Part shown: one piece after another, positions 39,980-52,780 of the stretch
Layout of the letters: each line of letters starts with the position of its first letter
How positions within the stretch are numbered: the first letter of the stretch is position 1
From: the human T2T-CHM13v2.0 reference genome, Homo sapiens
Length of the DNA: 64,000 nt
Reading direction: 5' to 3' (one strand)
Assembly (NCBI RefSeq): GCF_009914755.1
Contig: NC_060935.1
Program-made: the position numbers and the translations under genes
Notes under the pieces: model-generated
What the model was told of the DNA's origin: nothing
Seen by the model: the letters and a program-made list of their open reading frames with translations, nothing else
Databases searched by the model: none

Positions 39980-41538
39980 AGAATGATATAATGGGCTTTG
40001 GTGACTTGTGAGGGAAGGTTGGGAGGGGCGCGAGGGATAAAAACTACACATTGGGTACAGTGTATGCTGCTCAGGTGACATATGCACCAAAATCTCAGAA
40101 ATCACCACTAAAGAACTTTTCCATGCAACCAAACACTACCTGTTCTCCAAAAATTATTGAAATTTAAAAAAGGTTTTTTAATAAAATAAAAAGCTGGAAA
40201 AAAAAAACAATGAAACCAATGCTAAATTCCAGTGACAGATTGGTAACAATAAAAATACAATTTTGTTCCCAATCAAGTTCAGAGACACCCTGAATTCTAT
40301 CCATGGACCCTTGGGAGGGGGTCCCTGGACCCTAAGTTAAGAACTCTTAGTTTAAAGGATACAAGATGGCAGAGACATTCTAGGGCTGTCCAAAAGGATA
40401 TGCAATTTGAGGAAGGAAAAGCCAGGTGAGATAACATAGACTGTTCTTCACTGTGGTTCTGGAAGCTGGAAAGCACCAGTGTAAGTGATGAAAAGTGAAA
40501 GGGGTTCCAGGCTCTCCAATAATAAAATACACAAAAACAGTCCATTTATCACTGATTCATTTGTCAGATTATTTCTCATCTTTTAGATCAGAAAAAAATT
40601 AAGCGTGCTGATGAGGATACTGTGAAACTAGCACTCTCAAGCATTGCTGGTCATAGTTGGCAAATGGTACAAATTTGTACAAATCCATTGAGAATCTATT
40701 TGGGAATATTAACAACCATAAAAGTTTGAAATCTTGATTGAGAAACCCATTTATGAGAAGCTACCCAGAGAAAATAATCTGAGATACATAAGAAGTTTTA
40801 CTTAGAGATGTTTGTTGCAGCAATATTTACATGAGCAAAACATATTAGAAACAACTAAAGCTCTAAAATGATAGCAAGTAGTCAAGTGAAGTAGAGAAAT
40901 GAATAAATGGAATGCAATGTGAATATTAAATATCAGTAATGAAAACAATGCAATTACCTGGTATAGACTTTAACTAGAGACAAGACAAATATGTATCCTC
41001 TCTGAGCCTTGATTGCCTTGTCTACTAAAAGGAAGATAATAACACTATCTCCTAAGGTTGTAACTTGGTTTCATGGGATAATGTTTAAAGCTCCTATAAA
41101 GAGCCTGAGACATCAAGGGTGCTCAGAATGTGTCAGCTATTATGATTATGATGACATTATGCTATGCCAATAAAGTAAAACAAAATCGTATGTAATCCTG
41201 GTTACATCATTGCAAAAATATGTAGAAGAAAGACTGAAAGGAAATACATCAAAATGTTAATAGTACTGTTGGGGTAAGAGGTCATGAAAATTTTCTGTCT
41301 TTCTCTATATTCTAAGTTTTAATTATATACTTTAAATATGCTCTTAAACTGTTGATATAAAAGAAGCAAAGATGTGTTCTAGAAATACATATCTCAACCT
41401 TTTATAGCAATTGAGATGGGATCTATATCAGGACAGCAAGTAACTCTGGACTCCTTTAATTCTCTGTGTGCCTTCTTGTCCCCAAAACCTTGGAGGCAAA
41501 AAAAACCTCACTGCACAAAGCTGTGCATCACACAATTG

Positions 41539-41763
41539 TTTCCTTTCCTTTCCTTTCCTATCCTTTCCCTTCCTTCCCCTTCCTTCCCCTTCCCTCCCCT
41601 TCCTTCCCCTTCCCTTCGCTTCCCTTCCTTTCCCTTCCCTTCCTTTCCTTTCCCTCTTCTTCTCTTCTGTTTTCCTCCCTCCCTCCCTCCCTCCCTTCCT
41701 CCCTCCCTCCCTCCCTCCCTTCCTTCCTTCCTCCCTCCCTTCCTTCCTTCCTTCCTTCCTTCC
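41539..41763 (+). repeat. Compound polypyrimidine microsatellite (TTTCC/TTCCC/CCCT/CCTT)n
   Basis: ~225 bp almost purely C/T, abutting the tail end of a minus-strand Alu. Confidence 0.95.
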
Positions 41764-42054
<291 letters not shown>

Positions 42055-43392
42055 TGAGTGGTATGAATCACCCCTAAATGAATGACCAAGTACCCTAAAT
42101 AAATGATGAATAAGTGTTAAACATTCTCTGGAGCCTAAATTGTTGACATCATTTAATTCACTATCCAGAGAAGTGATCACAGCAGCAGTAGCAGTCAGAG
42201 GCAGCTAGCCAGGTACAAGACACATAGTAGGTGCTCAGCAAACATTAAATAAATGCATGAATGGCTGACTGCTCGTGGGTCCCAGCCTTTCTCTGCCACA
42301 GTGGTTGTCCGGGTGCAGCCAGTCTGCCACACGGTGGCAGTGCTGTTCCACACTAGGCAGGGTTGGTGGCACCGGTTCCACCTGGCACTGAATGCCCAGT
42401 GCTTTTCTTTTTCAGGCAGAGAAGTCCTACGATCCCCAGAAAGGATCCAAAGATGACATTGATGGAGACACGCTGCCTTTCTTAATGGAGTGGGGGGCAT
42501 GCCCTCTGGCTATAGTTAAGATGTATCTTTCACCTTTGCAGGGGTGGGCCAGCCTGTGAAGTGGAGGGAGCAGTCTGTAAGGAGGCTTCTACGTTCACGA
42601 GGCGCAGCGAGGCCCAGCGAGGCCCAGAGGCTCCTGGAGTGGTCACTGATGGCAGGAGTTTAAAACAGGGCTCTCTCAAGAAAGTACATCTGAGGCAGTG
42701 TGGTGCGGTGGGGTAGCCTGAGCTCTGGTGGGACACAGACCAGGGCTCACATCTTGGCTCAGCCTCTGACAAATCACTTTACCTCTCTCACTGCATTTTC
42801 TTGTCTTTGAAATAGGAATAAGACCTTGTAAGGCTATCAAGAGCTTTAAATTAAATAATGCATGTAAAGGACTGAGCACAATGCCTGGAACATAGCAGCT
42901 CATTGAGGGCTAGTTACTATCATTACTGTTGTTGTTGTTAATAACCGTAGTGTCATTTCATTAAGTATAGAAATCTCAAGGAAGACTCTTGGCCCCTGTG
43001 GTCACACAGACTAAGTCTAACTGGATCCTGAAATTATTTCTACGTCTATGGTAGAATGCTGTTTTTTGTTTGTTTGTTTTTAGTTTTTTTCTTTCAAAAG
43101 GACATAGGTTTGGAAAAAAAATCAAATGTGACTTTTGAATTCTCTTTAGGGAGGAAAAAGACAGTGTTACATTCCTTCAGCTTCCTCCTTCTCTAAATTT
43201 TGAAGCCAAAGTTATCAAATCAATTGCAGCTCCAGCATCCATGGTGAGGGGTCTTTGTCTAATGGGCCATGTTTGTAGTTTGGTTCCTGGATTCAGGTTG
43301 ACTTTGTCTACACCAATCACTCTTAGCAGGCAAAGGTGAGATCTCTTTATTCCTCATGTCCTCAGGAGAAAAAAAAAATATCTCTCCTAAAC

Positions 43393-43675
43393 TTTTATTT
43401 ATTTTTGTTTTTTAGTGATGGAGTCTTGCTCTGTCGCCCACGCTGGAGTGCCGTGGCGCAATCTCGGCTCACTGCAACCTCCACCTCTTGGGTTCAAGCT
43501 CAGCCTCCTAAGTAGCTGGGACTACAGGTGTGCCTGGCTAATTGTTTTGTATTTTAGTAGAAACGGGGTTTCACCATGTTGCCCAGGCTGGTCTCGAACT
43601 CCTGGGCTCAGGCAATCCATCCGTGTCAGTCTCCCAAAGTGCTGGGATTACAGGAGTGAACCTCCGCACCTGGCT
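43393..43675 (-). mobile_element. Alu, minus strand, with small internal deletions
   Basis: T-rich tail then gatggagtcttgctctgtcgccca...ctcccaaagtgctgggattacagg. Confidence 0.9.
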
Positions 43676-45511
43676 GCACCTAAGTTTTTAAAGTATGGTT
43701 GATGAGAAACGACAAAGAGAGACAAAGACAACAAAGACAATTGTTTACACTAAAGAGAGAGCAGAGTAAAAGAGAGGGGAGACCACTTATACAATCTCCA
43801 AGTCTCAGATTTACTGTACAATCTCCAAGTCTCAGACTTACTATGAACAAATGTTCTCCCATTTTTATTGAGAACATAAAACAAAAGTAAAACTGAAGTA
43901 TCACACAAGGGATTTGGATCAGGTGGAAGTAGTCGTTGTGAAAATATGATTCATAAAGGTTCTCTAGGAGAAATATATTTGAAACGCAAGTCAGCAACAA
44001 TTTAAAAGTCTGTTTCCCTCTGTGCATTTGAATATATATGAAAATACATAGACATTGACACTTAAAATGTAAATCATAACCATTGTTATTTACATATACT
44101 CATATGCGAGGTCCCTAGACTTTGCCATTGTAACAAGTGAAGAAGAAGTGTTCCGAGTGGCCGTATTAGACATGATGGGCTACATTATGCTGCGTTAACA
44201 AACAAGCCCCAAGGTTTTATGGATTATAACAAGAAAGGTCTGTTGCTCACTCATTCTACATATCCATCAAAGGTAGACAGATACCTGTCCTCCATGAACT
44301 CACTCAGGGACACTATCTGGTTGCTGGGTCGGGGGAAAGGACATGTATGGGGAGTCAAACTGGCGCTTAAAGGCTTCTGCCCATTTCACTTCTCCCAACA
44401 CTGCATTGGCCAAAGCAAATCACCAGGCCATAGAGAAGTGAGATCCTACGATGCACCTGGAAGTGGGGAAATTGGAATCTTCCTGGACAGCCCAGTGGCT
44501 ATCCGGGGTTTACCAGGACTTTTGACATGTTAAAGTGGTCAATCTGTCAAGTGCAAGATTTATCCTGAAAAGTATTTTGTGACTGTAACAGTGCTTATCC
44601 TCCAGGATGGACCACTCTGGGAAGGTTGAGGCAGAGAAACTATAAACACCCTTATTCCTTTTCCATCTAGAATAACATATTTGAACCTTCCTCTAAGCAG
44701 AGCAAGAGAAAAACTCACTTATTCAACAAATCTTTATTTAGCTCCAACTAAGCACCAGGGGCTGGGGATACAAAGATAAAATAAAGCAAAATCCCTACTC
44801 CCAGGAAAGGCATTGTCTAGTTACCCTGTTGGATTTAGAGAGTTGGGACTTGGAGTAAAGTTTGGGTTCGCAGAGATGTATGTGGGAGTCATCAAGATGG
44901 AAGTGACTTCTGAAGAAGCCACGAATGTCTGTGACTTCCAGCTCAACCAGGAGCAAACATGCTGCCCCCGTCTTTTGCATCCCTCCTGCCCAATAAACTC
45001 TTATCATTCCATCCCTGGGCTCTTGCCTTGTTGTGTCCCTGTTCCACACCCTTCCTATGGCTTCCATCCGGGATATAGCTGCCCCTACCCACATCTCTGG
45101 GCTCATCTTGCACCACTCTTGCCTTTCACAATGTTTCTTGCCTCTAAACTTTTGCCAGTCCTGTCCCCTCTGCCTGGAGCCGTCTACACACTCCCAGCCT
45201 GCACATTAACCAGGGAAATCCCTATTCTTGTGGGGACTTGCCTGACAGCATTTCCTTCTCCCTCCCTCTTCCTTAGGCACTAGACCTTCACTGCCCTTAT
45301 CATACTGTTCTATTAATGTAATAATCTGTTTATGCATCTGTCTTACTCATTAGACTGTGGGATCCTTGAGGACAGAGGCTGTGCCCCTGGCTCATAGTAT
45401 GATAATTGGTCACAGCAAACACTCCAACAACTTTTGTTGATATTTCTGTGGCAGTGAAGTATGATGAGATTATCAATAAAAGAGATGCAAGCATGAAAAT
45501 ATATCCCATAA

Positions 45512-45923
<412 letters not shown>

Positions 45924-47869
45924 TCAGTATCAAATTGCTCCAATGTGTAAAGTTTATTGGATGAGATGCATTTAAAAATTAACATGTGTTTCATTTTAAA
46001 ATATCAACATTTCTATTATGCTAGTATAACATTATTGTGCTTCATTTTAAAGTATTAACATTTCTATTGTGCTAGTATAATATTACTGTAGGGACTTATG
46101 ATGAAAAATTAGATATAAACATTAAGAGAGTGTTAGTTGAATGAATGAATAAACGAAGAGTGCTTTCCTTATCAGTTAACATTAGGTTTGACTGGGAGTG
46201 ACAGAAAACCCAAGATAGCAGAATCTTCAATAAAAGTCATTATATTTCCAGCAACTGAAGTATCTCCTGTTGGCGTTCAATATCTTGCTCATATAGAAAT
46301 ATGAAGTCGGGCAGTCCAAAGCCCTTGAGGCAGCTCCATGATCTCAGGACCCGACCTCCTTCTAGATCCTCAACACAATGCTTCTATATCATGGTCCAAA
46401 ATGGCTGGCCCAGCTCCAGCCATTGGGTCCCCATTCCAATCAGCAAGGAAAAGGGCATCCTTTTGGGGACACTTCCCAGAAGTAGCACCACCACCTCTGC
46501 TTATATCTAATTGGTCAGAACTTGATCGTGTATTACACAAGGAAAGCTGGGAAACACAGTCTACTCTAGGTGTCTTGGGCCTTGCTAAAAATTGGTAGAT
46601 CTGAAGAAGAGGAGAACAAATATTAAGGGACAATTATCAATTTACTCCACATCTATACTTGGATAACTCATGGGCATTTTGGACTGGATATCACAAATCT
46701 GACCTCATCTTTTCTCCAAACATTATTCTCTAATATTCTCTAGCTCAGCCAATGGAGAACCTTAATCTGGTCAAGCTGGAAACCTAATGTCATTATTGAT
46801 ACTTTCCTGCTGTCAATCCTCCCTCGAAAATACATCTCAAATTCATCTCTATTCCTACTGCCAGTACCCACAACAAACTCCTAACCAGTGTCCCTCTCAC
46901 CTCTTTCCAGATCATTCTCTGCATTGCAGCCAGAATAACTTTCTAAGAAAAAATAAAAATCTGAGCATGTCACTTTTCTGCTAAAACCCCTGGAAGGCTG
47001 CCTATGATGCTTAGGATAAAGACCAAAAACCTTTACATGGCTTTCAAAGGCCTAATGTGATCTGGCCCTTGCTTCATCTTGCACTGCTTACCTTTTGTTC
47101 TCCATGCAGCAGACAAACTTGGTGTTCTGCTGGTTCCTCCTCCATACCAGGCTCCTTCCTGACTGCCCATGCCATTCGCTCTTTCTCCACCTCCCTCTTT
47201 AACTGTCCAATGCCCACTCACCCCCCAAGTCTCTTCTTAAACACCACATCATCAGGGAAGACTTCCAGTGTTTGAGACTAGACTTCCATGGCACCCTGTG
47301 CTACCTTTGCTTTTCACCCTTTACTTCTTATGGCACTTATCACAATGAGAATTTACATGATGATTTTGTTTATTGACCCTTATTCCCCTTGGGTGATAAG
47401 CTCCTTGAGTCTGGTGACTAGGTACCACTGGTGCTCTGCTGCATCCCAGCATTTAATGAAGTGTCTGCACTTTTCTACTCAGTGTGGCCACAGTCCATAA
47501 AGGGATGTCACTGCAGATCTCAGCCCCTATCCTGTTTAAACAAGATCACCAGGCAATTTCTACACACAATCAAGGTTTAGAGGACCTGGTCTAACACATA
47601 CGAATCATAGTAGTAGTAATAGTTAATAATACTTACTAGGTATTGATAATGCTCCAGGCATTGTTCTAAGCACATGGCCTGTATTAACTCATGTACCTCT
47701 CACAGAAACCCTATGGGATAGAGAATCATTTAACAACCCAGTTTTACAGATGATGAAACTAAGGCCCACAGGGATTAAGTAACTTGCTTAAGGTCACACA
47801 TCTAGCAGTAGCAGTAGCAGATGCATAGAACCAACAGACTGTATGCCTACTGTGTATAAGAGACTAGTT

Positions 47870-48492
47870 ACATTGAGATACAAGGATGTGCAGCACAGAA
47901 AGAATCAGATCACAGGGCACCAAGTGAGGGGGAGGAGAGCTGCAGTGAGGAGGAGTCCCTCAAATCTATCTCCCAGTGGAGTGCTGGGCTGGGGTTTTTA
48001 AGGAGATCATGGAGGTGAGGGGCTAGATAACTGGGGTTGTCCATTGGTGGGATAAGGGGGATGAAAGTATCAGGATTTGGGAACTGCATTCTTTGGTGAG
48101 TCAACTTCTGGTCAGCTACAGTAGGAGACCTGGGGGGGCCAGCAGGACAGGGTCATAGTGGGGCCCTCAGACCAGCTGGTGTCAATGGGTCCTTCAGAAC
48201 AGCTGACATTAGTAATTTCACTGGTATGCAGGACCTGAAAGAATACTCCAAGTGGAAAACACAATGTTTTATGTTCAAGTTGTTAACTATAGAGCAGTTA
48301 AGGGGAACTATAATATTGTAACTGGGTCTACGTGATTCTGAGATAACAGACACTAAATAATTATGAAGAAGCAGGCCAGAGAACAAGCTGACCTCATGGT
48401 TCATGCTGAATGTGCTGCAAGCTGGGCTTATTTTATTTCTCCCCTTCCCTGCTTCCCTGATTAATTTTATAAAGTTTGTAAGGAAGGTTTCA
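47870..48492 (-). mobile_element. ERV1 MER4-group LTR (family uncertain)
   Basis: Reverse complement starts TGAAACCTTCCTTACAAACTTTATAAAATTAATCAGGGAAG; left boundary approximate. Confidence 0.55.
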
Positions 48493-49791
48493 GTAGTGTT
48501 AGTAATAAAAAAGGAGGAATATGATCCCCAGTACATAGCACAATAGAAGGTGCATAGTAGGTGCTTCAAGACATTTTAATGAATGCTAATAGGTGGAGAT
48601 GTGAGATTTGAACCCAGCAAAATGGCTCCAGAGCCCCAGCTCTTAACCACTTAGCATGTGATGACTATTTGTCAAGTGCACCCCAGGGGCCTTCCGCTGC
48701 ATCTAGCACACTACAGGCCACTCACACTAGCTGAACAAATGTGTGAGTGAATGGTTAGGTGGTACAGTCAGTTGTGGGCAGATACCTCTGGAACCTAGGA
48801 AAGGAGTTTAGTGAAAAGAGTAGTAGGATAGGAAGTAAGTGATTTGGAACTATTGGCCTCAATGTGATAAGAAACACCCTGAGGTTGGGGACCATAGGCA
48901 TATAGCCTTCATGTATTCAAGGCCTCACAGGCCTAAGAGGAAAATGGGGTGATACTAATGGTGATAACCAAAACATCACTGGTTCTTGTCTCCATCAATT
49001 CCCACAGGCTGGAAGGTCACTGTGAAGTACCCTATATCTTTCTGAGGATCCCTATGGTGTGCCTAGCCTGTGCTCATCAACGTCCTTGCTCCTGCCAGGC
49101 ACCTACACTGTCTGCTACTTCTCCTGAGGCACCTCATTCCCTTGGGACAGCCACTGTGACCATGTCCTGCTGGGATCCCCAGGTCTCCTGCTGCAGTTGA
49201 TGAGCCAAAAGACTCACTCTGCTGATGCTGTACCCATTCAGCTGCCAAGAGGAGCAGAACATCCGTGGCCCCTTTGTGTTATACTGCATTAGAGGGGTAC
49301 CCAAGCAGGATGGTATGTGTACCAATGCATCATAGAGACTTCAGCCAAACAGCTCTTCTGTTCTCTACAGGACACAGGCATGCATCCTATGGGGCCTAGG
49401 CCACAAGAGAGTCAACAGGCTGTACTTGGAATCAACACTAGAGCTAGCTGGCCATGCCTGGATCCCTCTCCCCTCTGGCGAATTCCATCTCTAGGGGCTC
49501 CTTGTTCCCTGCCAAACAGGTTTCCATAAAGCACTCATTTGCCAAGAAGTTCCGGGTGTTTCTGACCGTGAACTTAAGCTCAAGTTTCCCCTAAACCTGC
49601 TTTTTTTCCATTGGTAACCCTGCACATAATACTCTGAGATTTTGTTTAGAAAAACAGACTGAAATTTCTTTAGGGCTGTGTGCATGTATTTGGGGCATGA
49701 ATGAATGTGCCTATTAGCTCATTCTGTTCTAAACCCTATGATTCCCCGGATGTCACGTGCCACCTGTTCCTACTGACTAGGTACCAGGCAC

Positions 49792-50508
49792 TGAAACCAC
49801 CATTGCAAAATTATAACTGAGATGGTGAAAGGGATCTGACCTAACCGACTCCATCTTGCTTCTCATCTCCAAGCTGTCTTTGTTCATTCCTAGGCATAGG
49901 CCAAACTAACTTTGGGGGGAACTTAGTTTATAGTGTAGCTTTGAAACAAAGACAATACCAGCCCTTTCCCAAACAAACCCCCTTCTTGCCCAGGAACTAG
50001 ACTGCCTTTTCAGGACTAACAAATTAGCCACAAAATTAGAAATTATGGTTTAGGAGTCATGCAGCTAGAGGCTGCAAGATTCTAAACCTCAAATTGCTCC
50101 TGGGGATAACATCAACTATTGTAAAACCTAAGATCAGTGCTTAAGATATTTCACAGACACTGCACTCGATGGATCAGCTGGCACCACCCAGATGAATAAA
50201 CTGGCTCATCTGGTCTTATGACCCCCACCTGGCAACTGACTCAGCACAAGAGGACAGCTTTGACTCCCTGTGAGTTCATCTCCTAGCCTACCAATCAGCA
50301 CTCCCGACTCACTGACCCCTACCCACCAAATTATCCTTAAAAACTCTGATCCCTGAAAGCTAGGGAGACTGATTTGAGTAATAATAAAACTCCGGTCTCC
50401 CTCACAGCCAGCTTTGTGTGAATTACTCTTTCTCTATTGCAATTCCCCTGTCTTGATAAATCGACTCTGTTTAGGCAGTGAGCAAGGTGAACCTATTGGG
50501 CGGTTACA
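49792..50508 (+). mobile_element. LTR8-like ERV1 solo LTR
   Basis: TGAAACCACCATTGCAAAATTATAACTGAG...GGGCGGTTACA; 4-bp TSD GCAC at 49788-49791 and 50509-50512; AATAAA 50383-50388. Confidence 0.85.
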
Positions 50509-51019
50509 GCACTTTAACCATAAACCTTATGAGAAAGTGCCATTTCTCCATTTCACAGGTGAGAAAACTGAGGATTAAAAAGGTTACTCAAATAACTTTC
50601 CTAAGGATAAATGTGTGAGTCTTCTAACTCACACATTTATCAATGAACAAAACCGGATTCACAAGTACACTGGAGACTTTACATTTTGGGCAAGGATATT
50701 AAGCTAACGGGAGTGAGACAACCCTTCTTCAGTAGAAAAAAGGCGAGCAGCAGGCGCTGCTTTAGTTACCAGCACTTTGCTTCCTCCGTCTCCCCGCGCC
50801 AGGCATCGGGCATCCCAACCTCGACTTTGGCCTTCAACTTGGCGCGCTCCGGAGCTAGAGCTCTGCGGTAGCGAATCTGATCGCGTGTCCATGCCCGCCC
50901 CCTGTCCCGCCTCCTGGCTTTTGACCCCGTCCTTGGTCCCGCCCCGGGCCCTGGCTCCTGGCCCCGCCCTTGGTCCCGCCCCGGGCCCCTGGCTCCTGGC
51001 CCCGCCCCAGCCCAGGCAG

Positions 51020-51058
51020 GTCACTGCGCCATTTCCTGTCCAAAGCTGGGCGAATCAG
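51020..51058 (+). other. TTC12: TTC12 non-coding exon 1 (TSS approximate)
   Basis: Immediately 3' of the GC boxes; donor CAG|gtcggt at 51058/51059. Confidence 0.6.
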
Positions 51059-51237
51059 GTCGGTGCCGCGGGGTACCCCGGAATCCCCCCTGGGAGCTGG
51101 TCCTGCACTGGCCTTCAGAGCCGAGCAGAGGACGCTGCTTTGGGCCCCAGAGCATGGGAAGGTCTTGGCTGCGGTCTGGGACGGCTGCGGTCTGGGACCT
51201 GCATGGAGGGCCCGGGACTTGCGGACGCCTGGGAGCG

Positions 51238-51250
51238 GTTGCTGGGCAAC
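51238..51250. promoter_or_regulatory. TTC12: RFX X-box motif GTTGCTGGGCAAC
   Basis: Reverse complement GTTGCC-C-AGCAAC fits GTHNYY-N(0-3)-RGNAAC. Confidence 0.6.
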
Positions 51251-52722
51251 AGTGCGTGCGGCCTGGCCTCTTTGCGCCCGGCGGGCAGCGCGCGTCTGGG
51301 GCAGGCTCCGCGCGGGGCTCGGGGGCAGGCTCTGCGCGGGGCTCGGGCACAGGTCCCCGCTGCCGCAGCCCTACCGAGTGAAGCACTGAGCGCGGCGCCG
51401 CTTCGCCATCACCTGGCTCTGGCCCTCTCACCCTAGCGTAGGGGGGCACTGGCCAGGCAGTGAGGACCCTGAGATCCATGCCCTGGGAGACAGAGGTTGT
51501 CTCCTGTCCATGCACCCGCGCGCCTGCCTTCTAACCTTCATACCGTTGGGCAGATTAATTCACTGGACTAGGCCTCTGTTCCGTGGGAGTTGAAAAGATT
51601 TGACCTGGAAGAAACCCTTAGCGATTATTCAGTTAAGCCGCAACCCCACCCCCTGTTTTATATAGGTAAGGGTGCTTCACGGTGAGGACTCGTCGCGTGC
51701 CTGGTGCTTTACATCAGTCCCCAGAATAGTCCTCGTAGTTTCTCTCTTACTGTTCCCATAGTATGGGTGAGGACTCTGAGGCTCGGAGAGGTTGTGAATT
51801 TAGCCAGAATCACACAGCTTGTAACTGGTGGAGATGAGGACACTGAGACTCGATTAAATCACTCGTAGTTTGTTCGTGGCAGATTACGTGTTAGAAGCGT
51901 GTTACACTACTATGAAACCTGGCCATAAATGAGAATCACCTGGAAAGTGTTTAAAATCTATATTCGTGTCTGGGCAATGTCCCGGGTTTACTGACTTGAA
52001 ATCTCGGGCTACGGCTGAGGAAGCTGTATATTTAACAATCTTCCCGATGATTTTTATGATCTGTGGATGAACCACTGAGTACTGCTGGGTACACCACGGG
52101 GCCTTCTCGCACAAAAACAACTGTAAAATAATATCTGAGGTACCTAGAGCAGAAGAGACGCTGGTGAGCATGGTAACATTATGTTCTAATCCCTTCAGTC
52201 AATTTGTACCCTTTCTTCACTCTTCAGAAACAAGCCAAAGGCAGATTTTAAACAAGTATGGACATTTAGATGCAAATTGCCCCAAGTTTGTTACCTGTCA
52301 CACATCCACATTTAAGCTTCTGACTAGACCAGCCTGTCATGATCAAAGTCAGGTGTTAGTGTATTTCTCTATCCTTGGCAACCTGTCATCTGCTCTCTTC
52401 TCATCTCCATGCCAGGTCCCTAAATCGCCGGGGTTGATGTTGGCTTTGGAAGAACTATTTGCAGAGCGTTTTCTGCACTGGAAGGAGGGCTGGAAGCTTT
52501 CTGGAAGCATTGCCGCACATAAATGAGTGCCTCTTGGCCTAAAACAGCAGTTGGAATGAAAGGGATCACCCTGCTGTTATTCATTGACATAAACAAAACT
52601 GTCATAAAAATAATCACTTGGCTCTTAGTTTTAGAAGGCTAATAAGCCTGACCGTTCTGTTTAGTGCTTTATTATTATTAATTTCACCATTATGCTGCAT
52701 CCCTTAGGGATTCCGGTTCACA

Positions 52723-52780
52723 ATGGATGCTGATAAAGAGAAAGATTTGCAGAAATTTCTTAAAAATGTGGATGAAATCT
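52723..52780 (+). CDS. TTC12: TTC12 first coding exon (exon starts 52708)
   Basis: cccttag|G acceptor, acaATGg Kozak context, MDADKEKDLQKFLKNVDEI(S), T|gtaagt donor. Confidence 0.93.

Larger units (their letters stand above)
50740..51530. promoter_or_regulatory. TTC12: CpG island / TATA-less TTC12 promoter
   Basis: Dense CpG; multiple GC boxes (CCCGCCC) 50894-51008; YY1-like CGCCATTT 51027-51034 overlapping ETS-like TTCCTG. Confidence 0.9.

Noticed and set aside
50704-51515. ORFs of 106-219 aa in the CpG island
   Set aside because: Stop-poor GC-rich DNA, mostly non-ATG starts; TTC12 coding starts at 52723
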